From Gemmatimonadota bacterium (GTDB lineage: Bacteria > Gemmatimonadota > Gemmatimonadetes > Gemmatimonadales > GWC2-71-9), in assembly GCA_003221035.1 (NCBI GenBank), contig QHUB01000020.1, positions 8,751-72,750 of the forward strand: a stretch of 64,000 nt of DNA. The letters run 5' to 3'. The notes under the pieces were generated by a model. That model searched no databases, was not told where the DNA came from, and saw nothing but the letters and a program-made list of their open reading frames with translations. Both the position numbers and the translations under genes were made by a program. This document shows positions 1-8,305 of this stretch, in pieces; the stretch's first letter is position 1, and each line of letters begins with the position of its first letter.

Positions 1-14
1 ACAGCACCGCTGCC

Positions 15-2243
15 GTGCAATTCCAGGACGTCATGGCCGACCTGCACCGGCTCGTGCCCGGTCCCCGGTTCGCGGGACTCGCACCCGGCGCATCGATCAA
101 GATTCCGTACCTCAGCGACGTGTTGCTGAATCGCAGCTTCGCGCCGGCGGGAGCCTACATCGTGTTCGACAGCGCCAAGAGCGTCGGCGTGCCGGTCGAT
201 TATGTCGCGGCTCCGTTCGAGCGTTCGGCCGGCATCATCACGCCCGCGATGCGGTTCACGCGCGACTCGCTCGTCCGGGACATTCCCGTGAACCAGTTGC
301 CACCCGTGTTTCCCACGCCGGTGCAAGTGACGCGCGCATCGGGAGGCGTGCGCCTCGATTCCATGCCGGTGATCTCGGCATCGCCTGAGCTGACGAATGA
401 GGCGGCCTTCGCCGTCGAGTATCTCCGGCCATACGTCAAAGCAGGGAAGGGAGGCGCCGGGGTTCGGCTCGAGCTCGGTGTGGTCCAGGGTCAATCATCG
501 CCTGAGGCGTATGACCTGACGATCGACCCGGCGGCCGGCATCCGGATCGTTGGCGCATCGCCCGCGGGCGTCTTTTATGGACTGCAGACGCTGCGCGGTT
601 TGTTGCCCGCCCCCGCGCCGGGCGGCGGCGTGACACTGCCCGCCGTGCACGTCGTGGACGCGCCGCGCTTTGGCTACCGCGGTTTCATGCTCGACGTCGG
701 CCGCAACTTCCATCCCAAAGCCGCGGTACTGCGCACGCTCGACCTGATGGCGCGCTACAAGCTGAACGCCTTTCACATGCATCTGACGGACGACGAAGGT
801 TGGCGGATTGAGATTGCCGGGCTACCGGAGTTGACGACGGTCGGAGCGCGGCGCGGCCACACTCTCGACTCCAGGCAATTCCTGCAGCCGGCGTTTGGAT
901 CGGGCCCACAGGTCGGGAAGCCATACGGCAGCGGATTCTATTCGCGCGCCGACTACATCGAGATCGTCCGCTACGCGGCCGCCCGCCACATCGAGGTGAT
1001 CCCCGAGATCGAGATGCCGGGGCACGCGCGCGCGGCGATCAAAGCGATGGAGGCCCGCAGCGACTCGCAGTACCGGCTCAGCGATCCGCAGGACCAGTCG
1101 AAGTACGAGTCGGTCCAGGGCTATCCCGACAACGTGATGAACCCGGCGCTCGAGTCGACCTACAGCTTCATCCAGCGCGTCGTGATGGATCTCGCCGCGA
1201 TGCACCGTGAAGCCGGCGCGCCGCTGCGCCACATCCACATGGGCGGCGATGAAGTTCCCACCGGTGTCTGGATTGGATCGCCCGCGGTGCAGAAGTACAT
1301 GGCCGCGCTCGGGGTCACGGACGTGAACGATCTGTGGTACGCGTTCTACTTCCGCGTCGAGCAGATCCTGAAGGGCCAGAACGTGCACCCCTCCGGTTGG
1401 GAAGAGATCGCGGTGCGAAAAACGCAGCGGGATGGGCGACCCGTCAACCTCGTCAATCCGAGCTTCGCCGAGCGTGGCTGGCGTGCCTATGTCTGGAACA
1501 ACCAAGTGGGGTCGGGCGCCGAGGATCTCGCCTATCGACTGGCGAACGGCGGCTATGATGTCGTGCTGAGTCCCGTCACCAACTACTACTTCGACCTTGC
1601 ATGGAATCAGAATCCTGAGGAGATCGGTCTCGACTGGGGTGGCTTTATCGACATGCAGAAGCCATTCCAGTACATCCCGTTCGACTTCTATCGCAATTCG
1701 CGGACCGACCAAGCCGGCAACCCGTTGCCCCCTGGCGCCTTTATCGGCAAAGATCGGCTGACCGACTACGGCAAGCGCCACATCGTCGGGATTCAGGGCA
1801 ACCTGTGGTCTGAGACTCTGGGCGGTGACGGGCGGCTCGACTACATGTTCGTCCCCAAGGTCTTTGGACTCGCCGAGCGCGCCTGGGCAGCCGATCCGAG
1901 CTGGGCCACGGAGAAGGATTCAGCGAAGGCCGACTCACTCTATCGGGAGGACTGGTCGCGGCTCTCCAATATCGTGGGCAAACGCGAGCTGCCGCGCCTC
2001 GATCGCGAAGTGCCGGAGCTGACGTACCGGATTCCGACGCCGGGGCTGAAGATCGACGGTGGCAATGTGCGGACGAGCCTCGAGTTGCCGGGGTTCACGC
2101 TGCGCTACACGACCGACGGCAGCGAGCCGACGACGCGCAGCGCCGTGGTAACAGGACCCATTCCGCTGCGCGGCACGCTTCGCGTGGCGGCGTTCAGCAC
2201 GACAGGCCGAAAAGGCCATACGACGACTGTAAAGGGACCCTAA
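15..2243 (+). CDS. GH20 beta-N-acetylhexosaminidase/chitobiase (probably 5'-truncated by the window edge)
   Basis: DAPRFGYRGFMLDVGRNF, HLTDDEGWR, PEIEMPGH and catalytic HMGGDE motifs; C-terminal YTTDGSEP chitobiase-type domain. Confidence 0.93.
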   Translation: MQFQDVMADLHRLVPGPRFAGLAPGASIKIPYLSDVLLNRSFAPAGAYIVFDSAKSVGVPVDYVAAPFERSAGIITPAMRFTRDSLVRDIPVNQLPPVFPTPVQVTRASGGVRLDSMPVISASPELTNEAAFAVEYLRPYVKAGKGGAGVRLELGVVQGQSSPEAYDLTIDPAAGIRIVGASPAGVFYGLQTLRGLLPAPAPGGGVTLPAVHVVDAPRFGYRGFMLDVGRNFHPKAAVLRTLDLMARYKLNAFHMHLTDDEGWRIEIAGLPELTTVGARRGHTLDSRQFLQPAFGSGPQVGKPYGSGFYSRADYIEIVRYAAARHIEVIPEIEMPGHARAAIKAMEARSDSQYRLSDPQDQSKYESVQGYPDNVMNPALESTYSFIQRVVMDLAAMHREAGAPLRHIHMGGDEVPTGVWIGSPAVQKYMAALGVTDVNDLWYAFYFRVEQILKGQNVHPSGWEEIAVRKTQRDGRPVNLVNPSFAERGWRAYVWNNQVGSGAEDLAYRLANGGYDVVLSPVTNYYFDLAWNQNPEEIGLDWGGFIDMQKPFQYIPFDFYRNSRTDQAGNPLPPGAFIGKDRLTDYGKRHIVGIQGNLWSETLGGDGRLDYMFVPKVFGLAERAWAADPSWATEKDSAKADSLYREDWSRLSNIVGKRELPRLDREVPELTYRIPTPGLKIDGGNVRTSLELPGFTLRYTTDGSEPTTRSAVVTGPIPLRGTLRVAAFSTTGRKGHTTTVKGP

Positions 2244-2267
2244 CTCGCCGCACCAGCCCGGCCACCG

Positions 2268-2273
2268 TAGCTT
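2268..2273 (+). promoter_or_regulatory. Putative -10 box (TAGCTT) 7 nt before the GTG; possible leaderless start
   Basis: TAGCTT-N7-GTG with no well-spaced SD. Confidence 0.35.
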
Positions 2274-2280
2274 TTGGGGT

Positions 2281-3636
2281 GTGAATACCCATAAACACCC
2301 CAACGGTCACGTCTTCTATCGCAAGCTGGGCTACGAGTATCCCAAAATCGTCAAAGGCGACGGCTGCTGGCTGATCGACGAGCGCGGCAAGCGCTACCTC
2401 GACGCCGTCGGCGGCGCCTACGTCGCGAACCTCGGCCATTCCAATCCCGAAATCGCAGACTCGATCGCCGAGCAGTGCCGGCAGTTCGGCTATCTGTCGG
2501 GCACCATGTTCACGCATGGACCGGTCGAGAACCTGGCCGACGAAATCGCCGACACGCTGCCCGGTGATCTCTCGAAGCTCTATTTCCTCTGTAGTGGCTC
2601 CGAGGCGGTCGAAGCGGCGCTGAAGCTCGCGCGCCAGTACTGGGTCGAATGCGGCAAGCCCGGCAAGCATCGCATCATCGCCCTCGGTCCCGGCTATCAC
2701 GGCAGCACGCTGCTCGCGCTGTCGGCGTCGGCGCGCGAGGCGCACAAGGCGCCGTTCCGTCCGTGGCTGGTGGATGTGCACCGGATTCCCGCGCCGTATC
2801 CCTATCGCTGCGAGTGCGGCGGGAAGGGGCCTGCCTGTCCCGTGTGCAGCGCCGCGGTGCTGGAAGAAGCGATCGAGGAGCTCGGCCCCGGCAACGTCGC
2901 GGCGTTCATCGCCGAGCCGGTTGGCGGATCCTCGACCGGCGCGTCGACTCCGCGGTCTGATTACTTCAAGCGCGTGCGCGAGATCTGTGATCGCCACGAT
3001 GTCCTGTTCGTCGCGGACGAGGTGCTCGTCGGCGTGGGCCGCACCGGCACGTGGTGGGCGATCGAGCCCTACGAGGTCACGCCCGACGTCATGACGTTCG
3101 GCAAGGGGATCTCGGGCGGCTACGCCGCCCTCTCCGGTATCGCGGCGGGGCAGAAAGTCGTCGATGCGATTGCCGAGGGTTCCGGCAGCTTTGTGCACGC
3201 CCAGACGTTCTCGCACCACCCGGTCGCGTGCGCGGCCGGCGTGGCGACGATGCGCTATCTCAAGAAGCACAACCTGGTCGAGCGCTGCGCGCAGATGGGA
3301 CGCGTGCTCCACGAGCGGATTCGTCTGCTGGCCGATCTGCCGCACGTGGGCGACGTGCGCGGCCGGGGACTGCTCGCCGGGTTCGAGTTCGTGGAAGACA
3401 AAGCGAGCCGCGCGCCGTTTCCGCGCTCCGCCAAGTTCGCCGAGCGATTCGCCGACGCGGCGCTCGAGGCCGGTCTCACCGTGTGGCCCAACGTCGGGCA
3501 CGCCGATGGCACGAGCGGCGACGCCGCGCTCATCGCCCCGCCATTCATCATTACAGAGCAGGAGATTGACGAGATCGTAACGCGATTTACGAAAGCGCTC
3601 GAGAAGACAATCTCCAAGGTGAAGGCGCGCGCATGA
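2281..3636 (+). CDS. Class III PLP-dependent aminotransferase
   Basis: SGSEAVEAALKLARQY, YHG, FIAEPV, DEVLVGVGRTG and TFGKG (PLP lysine). Confidence 0.92.
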   Translation: MNTHKHPNGHVFYRKLGYEYPKIVKGDGCWLIDERGKRYLDAVGGAYVANLGHSNPEIADSIAEQCRQFGYLSGTMFTHGPVENLADEIADTLPGDLSKLYFLCSGSEAVEAALKLARQYWVECGKPGKHRIIALGPGYHGSTLLALSASAREAHKAPFRPWLVDVHRIPAPYPYRCECGGKGPACPVCSAAVLEEAIEELGPGNVAAFIAEPVGGSSTGASTPRSDYFKRVREICDRHDVLFVADEVLVGVGRTGTWWAIEPYEVTPDVMTFGKGISGGYAALSGIAAGQKVVDAIAEGSGSFVHAQTFSHHPVACAAGVATMRYLKKHNLVERCAQMGRVLHERIRLLADLPHVGDVRGRGLLAGFEFVEDKASRAPFPRSAKFAERFADAALEAGLTVWPNVGHADGTSGDAALIAPPFIITEQEIDEIVTRFTKALEKTISKVKARA

Positions 3637-4967
3637 CCACCCGCGATTATCCGCGCATCGTCGTACCGCCGCCCGGTCCCAAGGCGCGCGCGATCGTCGA
3701 GCGCCAGGACCGGTATTCCTCGACGTCGTATCCCAAGGAGTACCCGCTCGCGGTGGCGAGGGGAGCAGGGCCGATGGTCGAAGATGTCGACGGCAATCGC
3801 TTCCTCGACTTCATGGCGGGCATCGCCGTCGCCTCGACGGGTTATGGACATCCCAAGATCGTCAAAGCGGTCCAGGACGCGGCGGCCAAGTTCCTGCACA
3901 TCTGCGGCAGCGACTTCTACTATGAGAGCTTTGCGGCGTTGTGCGAGCGGCTCGCGCAGCTCGCACCCGGGCCGAGCAAGAAGCGGGTGTTTTTGTCGAA
4001 CTCGGGGACCGAAGCGGTCGAGGGCGCGATCAAGCTGGCCCGACATTCGACGGGCCGTCCCGCCATCATCGGTTTCCTCGGCGCCTTCCACGGGCGCAGC
4101 TACGGCGGTTTGAGTCTCACGGCGAGTAAGGCCGTGCAGCGCTCCGGCTTTGCCCCGTTCCTTCCCGAAGTTCACCACGTCCCGTACGGTTATCGCTATC
4201 GCTGCGAGTACTGCCGCGGTGAAACGGACTGTACGCGCCGCTGCACGTCGTGGATCGAAGAAGAGCTGTTCACGAAGAAAGTGCCGCCCGACAGCGTAGC
4301 CGCGATCTTCGTCGAGCCGATTCAAGGCGAAGGCGGCTATGTCGTCCCGCCGGCGGGGTATCTGCGGGAGTTGCGCGAGCTCTGCGACCGCTACGGGATC
4401 CTGCTCGTCTGCGACGAGGTGCAGTGCGGCGTGGGACGCACGGGCAAGATGTGGGCGTGCGAGTACGAGGGGATCGAGCCCGACATTCTGTTGTCGGCCA
4501 AGGGGCTGGGGAGCGGCATGCCGATCGGCGCCATCATCGCCAAGGAATCGATCATGAAGTGGAAGCCGGGGGCGCACGGCACCACGTTCGGCGGCAATCC
4601 GGTGTGCTGCGCCGCGGCGCTCGCGACGCTCGACATCGTCGAGAAAGAGTTGCTGCCCAACGTGAACGCGATGGGCGACCGGCTGATCAACGGCGCGCGG
4701 CGGTTACAGGAGAAATACGCCGCGATCGGCGATGTGCGCGGCCGGGGTCTGATGGTGGGGGTGGAGTTCGTGAAGGACCGCGGCACGCGCGAGCCGGCCC
4801 CGGACGTTCCGCACGAGTTGGTCGGCCGCGCGTTCAAGAAAGGGTTGCTGTTGCTCGGCTGCGGCAAGAGCTCGCTCCGGCTCGCCCCGCCGCTCGTGGT
4901 GGACGAGTACGACGTCGACACCGCCCTCCGGATCATCGACGAGTGCCTGCACGAGATGTCGGACTAG
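3633..4967 (+). CDS. Class III aminotransferase, 4-aminobutyrate/acetylornithine aminotransferase-like
   Basis: SGTEAVEGAIK, FHGRS, VEPIQGEGG, DEVQCGVGRTG, SAKGLG and TFGGNP; ATGA overlap with the upstream gene. Confidence 0.92.
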   Translation: MTTRDYPRIVVPPPGPKARAIVERQDRYSSTSYPKEYPLAVARGAGPMVEDVDGNRFLDFMAGIAVASTGYGHPKIVKAVQDAAAKFLHICGSDFYYESFAALCERLAQLAPGPSKKRVFLSNSGTEAVEGAIKLARHSTGRPAIIGFLGAFHGRSYGGLSLTASKAVQRSGFAPFLPEVHHVPYGYRYRCEYCRGETDCTRRCTSWIEEELFTKKVPPDSVAAIFVEPIQGEGGYVVPPAGYLRELRELCDRYGILLVCDEVQCGVGRTGKMWACEYEGIEPDILLSAKGLGSGMPIGAIIAKESIMKWKPGAHGTTFGGNPVCCAAALATLDIVEKELLPNVNAMGDRLINGARRLQEKYAAIGDVRGRGLMVGVEFVKDRGTREPAPDVPHELVGRAFKKGLLLLGCGKSSLRLAPPLVVDEYDVDTALRIIDECLHEMSD

Positions 4968-4987
4968 CCCCCGTCCCCCCGTCGAAA

Positions 4988-5875
4988 GTGATGTCGCTCG
5001 AGGACGCCGTCGCGCGCCATGTGCATGACGGCGACGTCGTCGTCATCGAAGGATTCACCCATCTCATCTCGTTTGCGGCCGGCCACGAGATCATCCGCCA
5101 GCGCCGGCGCGAGCTCACGCTGTGCCGCCTGACGCCCGATCTGATTTACGACCAGATGATCGCCGCCGGCTGCGCGAAGAAGCTCGTCTTCTCCTGGGCC
5201 GGCAATCCGGGCGTCGGCTCGCTGCACGCGTTTCGGCGCGCCGTCGAGGGCGGCACGCTCGAGCTCGAGGAGTACTCGCATTTCGGGATGGTCGCGCGCT
5301 TCTCGGCCGGGGCGGCGCGGCTGCCGTTCTGGACGCTGCGCGACTACGCGGGCACCGATCTGCCCAAAGCCAATCCGCGCATCAAGTCGGTGACGTGCCC
5401 CTACACCGGCGAGGCGCTCGCCACGGTACCAGCGCTCAATCCGGACGTGACGATCATTCACGCGCAGCGCGCCGACGCGCAGGGCAACGCGCAGATCTGG
5501 GGCCTCCTGGGCGTCCAGAAAGAAGCGGCGTTCGCATCCACGCGGGTGATCGTCGTGATCGAAGAGCTCGTGGACGAGCGCGTGATTCGCTCCGACCCCA
5601 ATCGCACGTTGATTCCCGCCGCCATCGTGACGGCGGTCGTGGTCGAGCCGTGGGGCGCCCATCCATCGTACGCGCAGGGCTACTACGACCGGGACAACGA
5701 TTTCTATGTGGGCTGGGAAAAGATCTCGCGCGACAAGGGTGAGCTGGCGCATTATCTCGATGAATGCGTGTACGGCGTGAAATCCCGAGCGGAGTACATG
5801 CAGCAGCAGCCGCGGCTGATGGAGCGACTCAAGGCGGGCGAGCAGCGTTGCGTGGGAGTGAACTACGGCTTCTGA
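4988..5875 (+). CDS. Family I CoA-transferase subunit A (glutaconate/3-oxoadipate CoA-transferase-like)
   Basis: C-terminal part of ORF 4250..5875: EGFTHLI-AAGHEIIRQ, TPDLIYDQMI, HAQRADAQGN, GAHPSYAQGYYDRD. Start placed at GTG 4988 (ATG 4991 is an alternative). Confidence 0.88.
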   Translation: MMSLEDAVARHVHDGDVVVIEGFTHLISFAAGHEIIRQRRRELTLCRLTPDLIYDQMIAAGCAKKLVFSWAGNPGVGSLHAFRRAVEGGTLELEEYSHFGMVARFSAGAARLPFWTLRDYAGTDLPKANPRIKSVTCPYTGEALATVPALNPDVTIIHAQRADAQGNAQIWGLLGVQKEAAFASTRVIVVIEELVDERVIRSDPNRTLIPAAIVTAVVVEPWGAHPSYAQGYYDRDNDFYVGWEKISRDKGELAHYLDECVYGVKSRAEYMQQQPRLMERLKAGEQRCVGVNYGF

Positions 5876-5891
5876 CTACACTCCCGATGAG

Positions 5892-6584
5892 ATGATGGCG
5901 TGCGTTGCGGCGCGCGAGCTGGCGGACGGCGAGGTCGTGTTCGTGGGCATCGGGCTCCCCAACCTCGCGTGCAATCTTGCGCGCCGGACGCACGCGCCGA
6001 ATCTCGTGCTCATCTACGAATCGGGTGCGGTGGGCGCGACGCCGTCCCGACTCCCCGTCTCGATCGGCGATCCCGCGCTGGTCACAGGCTCGCTGATGGT
6101 GTGCGGCATGGCCGACGTCTTTCAGCTGTTCTTGCAGAATGGCCGGATCGAAGTGGGCTTTTTAGGCGGCGCGCAGGTGGATCGCCGCGGCAACATCAAC
6201 ACGACCGTGATCGGCGACTACAAGAAACCCAAGGTGCGGTTGCCGGGCTCGGGCGGCGCCGCCGAGATCGCGATTCATGCGCAGCGGATCCTGATCGTCT
6301 CGAAGGTCTCGCCGCGCGCGTTCCCCGAACGTGTCGATTTTCTGACGAGCCCGGGCGACCGGGTGGCCAAGGTGATCACGGACAAAGGCGTCCTGGAGCG
6401 TGATGCCCAGAGCGGGGAGCTGGTGCTGGCGAGCCTGTATCCGGGCGTCGAGGTGAAAGACGTCCAGGTGGGCTGGAAGCTGCGCTCGCGTGCGCAGCTC
6501 GGCCGGGTCGAGCCGCCGAGCAGTATCGAGCTGCAGCTGCTCAGGGAAGTCCTCGATCCGCAGCGGCTGTATCTCGGGTCATGA
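5892..6584 (+). CDS. Family I CoA-transferase subunit B (true start may be ACG at 5865)
   Basis: VFVGIGLP, LIYESG (catalytic Glu), GFLGGAQVDRRGNIN, RLPGSGGA. Confidence 0.9.
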   Translation: MMACVAARELADGEVVFVGIGLPNLACNLARRTHAPNLVLIYESGAVGATPSRLPVSIGDPALVTGSLMVCGMADVFQLFLQNGRIEVGFLGGAQVDRRGNINTTVIGDYKKPKVRLPGSGGAAEIAIHAQRILIVSKVSPRAFPERVDFLTSPGDRVAKVITDKGVLERDAQSGELVLASLYPGVEVKDVQVGWKLRSRAQLGRVEPPSSIELQLLREVLDPQRLYLGS

Positions 6585-8305
6585 TCACGATCCTCGCGAC
6601 CCTGGCATTGCTGCAGTCGAATCGTCCCGATTCACTGGCGGCGCGCGCCCGGCAGCTCGCCGATACCTATCTCGTCGCCTATTTCGAGCATCACCCCGAC
6701 GAGGCCACGCTCGACGGTGTGGCGCGAGGACCGCACGACCGCTGGCCCGATAACTCGCCTCAGACTTTAGCGCGCTGGCAACAGCGCGAAGACGCGTGGC
6801 TGGCGCAGCTCAAGCACATCGACGTGGACCGCATCGCGGGCCGGCCCGAGGCCACTGCCTACGGCATTATGCGCGACGCCATCGAGGGCTCGATCGCGAC
6901 GCGCGTCTGCCGCTTCGAGCTCTGGAGCGTCGCGCACACCGGCGGCGGCTGGTTGTCCACGGTGACCTCGATCGCCACGCTGCAGACGGTCGGTACCGAC
7001 ACGGCGCGGCAGCAGGTGCTGGCGCGCTGGCGGGCCGTGCCGGCCTACATCGAGACCGAGATGGCCAATCATCGCGAGGGTCTGCGGCGCGGCTACACGG
7101 CGCCGCGGCGGAACGTGGAGATCGCGATCGGCGAAATCGACACCTTGCTCGCCACGCCGCTCGAGCGCTCGCCGCTGTACGATCCCGCGCGCCGCGATTC
7201 GACGCCGGCGTTCCGGGCCGAGCTCGCGCGCGTGACCGAGAACGACATCCTGCCCGCGCTGCGCCGCTACCGTGAGTTCCTCGCGCACGACTATCTCTCG
7301 CGCGCGCGCACGAAAATCGGTGTTTCCGAGAATCCGCACGGGATCGACTGCTACAAGGGAAGCATTCGCGCTGCCACGGGCTTCGCGCTGAATCCCGATT
7401 CCATTCACGTCATCGGGGAGCTCACCGTCGCCGCGCTCGAAAGTGAGATGCAAGCCATCGCGGTCCATGCGTTCGGGACGAGCGACGTCTCCCGCCTGCT
7501 CGAGCGGCTGCGGCGCGACACCGCGTACACGTTCCACAGTCGCGACGAAATGCTGGAGCAGGCGCGAACCGCGTTGGCGCGCGCGCGCAAGGCACTCCCG
7601 CGATGGTTCGGCCGGTTACCGCGCGCGCCGGTCGTGGTCGAGGCCTACCCGGAGTTTCGCGAGCGGACGAGCGTCGGCGAGTGGAATCCGCCGGCCGAAG
7701 ATGGCAGCCGGCCCGGCATCTACTACATCTCGACCTACGATCCCGTGCACAAGTCGCGCGCCGACCTCGAGCCGTTGTCCTTCCACGAGACAATTCCCGG
7801 CCATCATCTCCAGGGCACGATCGCGATGGAGCGCGGCGACTCGATCCCCGGGATCGCTCGGGTTTTCTGGTCGCCGGGCATGGGAGAGGGCTGGGCGGAG
7901 TACGCCGAGCAGCTCGCGGACGAGATGGGATTGTATTCGTCCGACACGGCGCGGCTCGGCATGCTGGCGGACATCACGCTGTCGGCGGCGCTGCTCGTCG
8001 TGGACACGGGCATTCATTACCTCGGCTGGACGCGCGAGCAGTCGATCGACTACATCCGCGAGCACACGCACGTGCCGCTGCTCCGCGCCGAAGTCGGCGT
8101 CGACCGCTATCCCGTGTGGCCCGCGCAGGGATTGTCGTACGCAATCGGGCGCCTCGAAATCCGGCGGCTGCGCGCGTTCGCCATGCAGCGCCTGGGCGGG
8201 AAATTCGATGTGCGAGCCTTCCACGACCGCGTGCTCGAGAACGGCGCGGTCCCGCTGCCGATGCTGCGCGCGTCGATTTATCGATGGATCGACGAGCGGC
8301 GTTGA
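6581..8305 (+). CDS. DUF885 family secreted putative metallopeptidase
   Basis: Signal peptide; HETIPGHHLQ, EGWAEYAE, VVDTGIH, PAQGLSY, FHDRVL..G motifs. Confidence 0.85.
   Translation: MITILATLALLQSNRPDSLAARARQLADTYLVAYFEHHPDEATLDGVARGPHDRWPDNSPQTLARWQQREDAWLAQLKHIDVDRIAGRPEATAYGIMRDAIEGSIATRVCRFELWSVAHTGGGWLSTVTSIATLQTVGTDTARQQVLARWRAVPAYIETEMANHREGLRRGYTAPRRNVEIAIGEIDTLLATPLERSPLYDPARRDSTPAFRAELARVTENDILPALRRYREFLAHDYLSRARTKIGVSENPHGIDCYKGSIRAATGFALNPDSIHVIGELTVAALESEMQAIAVHAFGTSDVSRLLERLRRDTAYTFHSRDEMLEQARTALARARKALPRWFGRLPRAPVVVEAYPEFRERTSVGEWNPPAEDGSRPGIYYISTYDPVHKSRADLEPLSFHETIPGHHLQGTIAMERGDSIPGIARVFWSPGMGEGWAEYAEQLADEMGLYSSDTARLGMLADITLSAALLVVDTGIHYLGWTREQSIDYIREHTHVPLLRAEVGVDRYPVWPAQGLSYAIGRLEIRRLRAFAMQRLGGKFDVRAFHDRVLENGAVPLPMLRASIYRWIDERR

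Noticed and set aside
7603-8304. N-terminal extensions of ORFs 4250, 7603, 14879, 31099 and 55906 as fusions or programmed frameshifts
   Set aside because: The extensions are Arg/Ala-rich off-frame reads of neighbouring genes, and each has a plausible internal start, mostly at a stop/start overlap.
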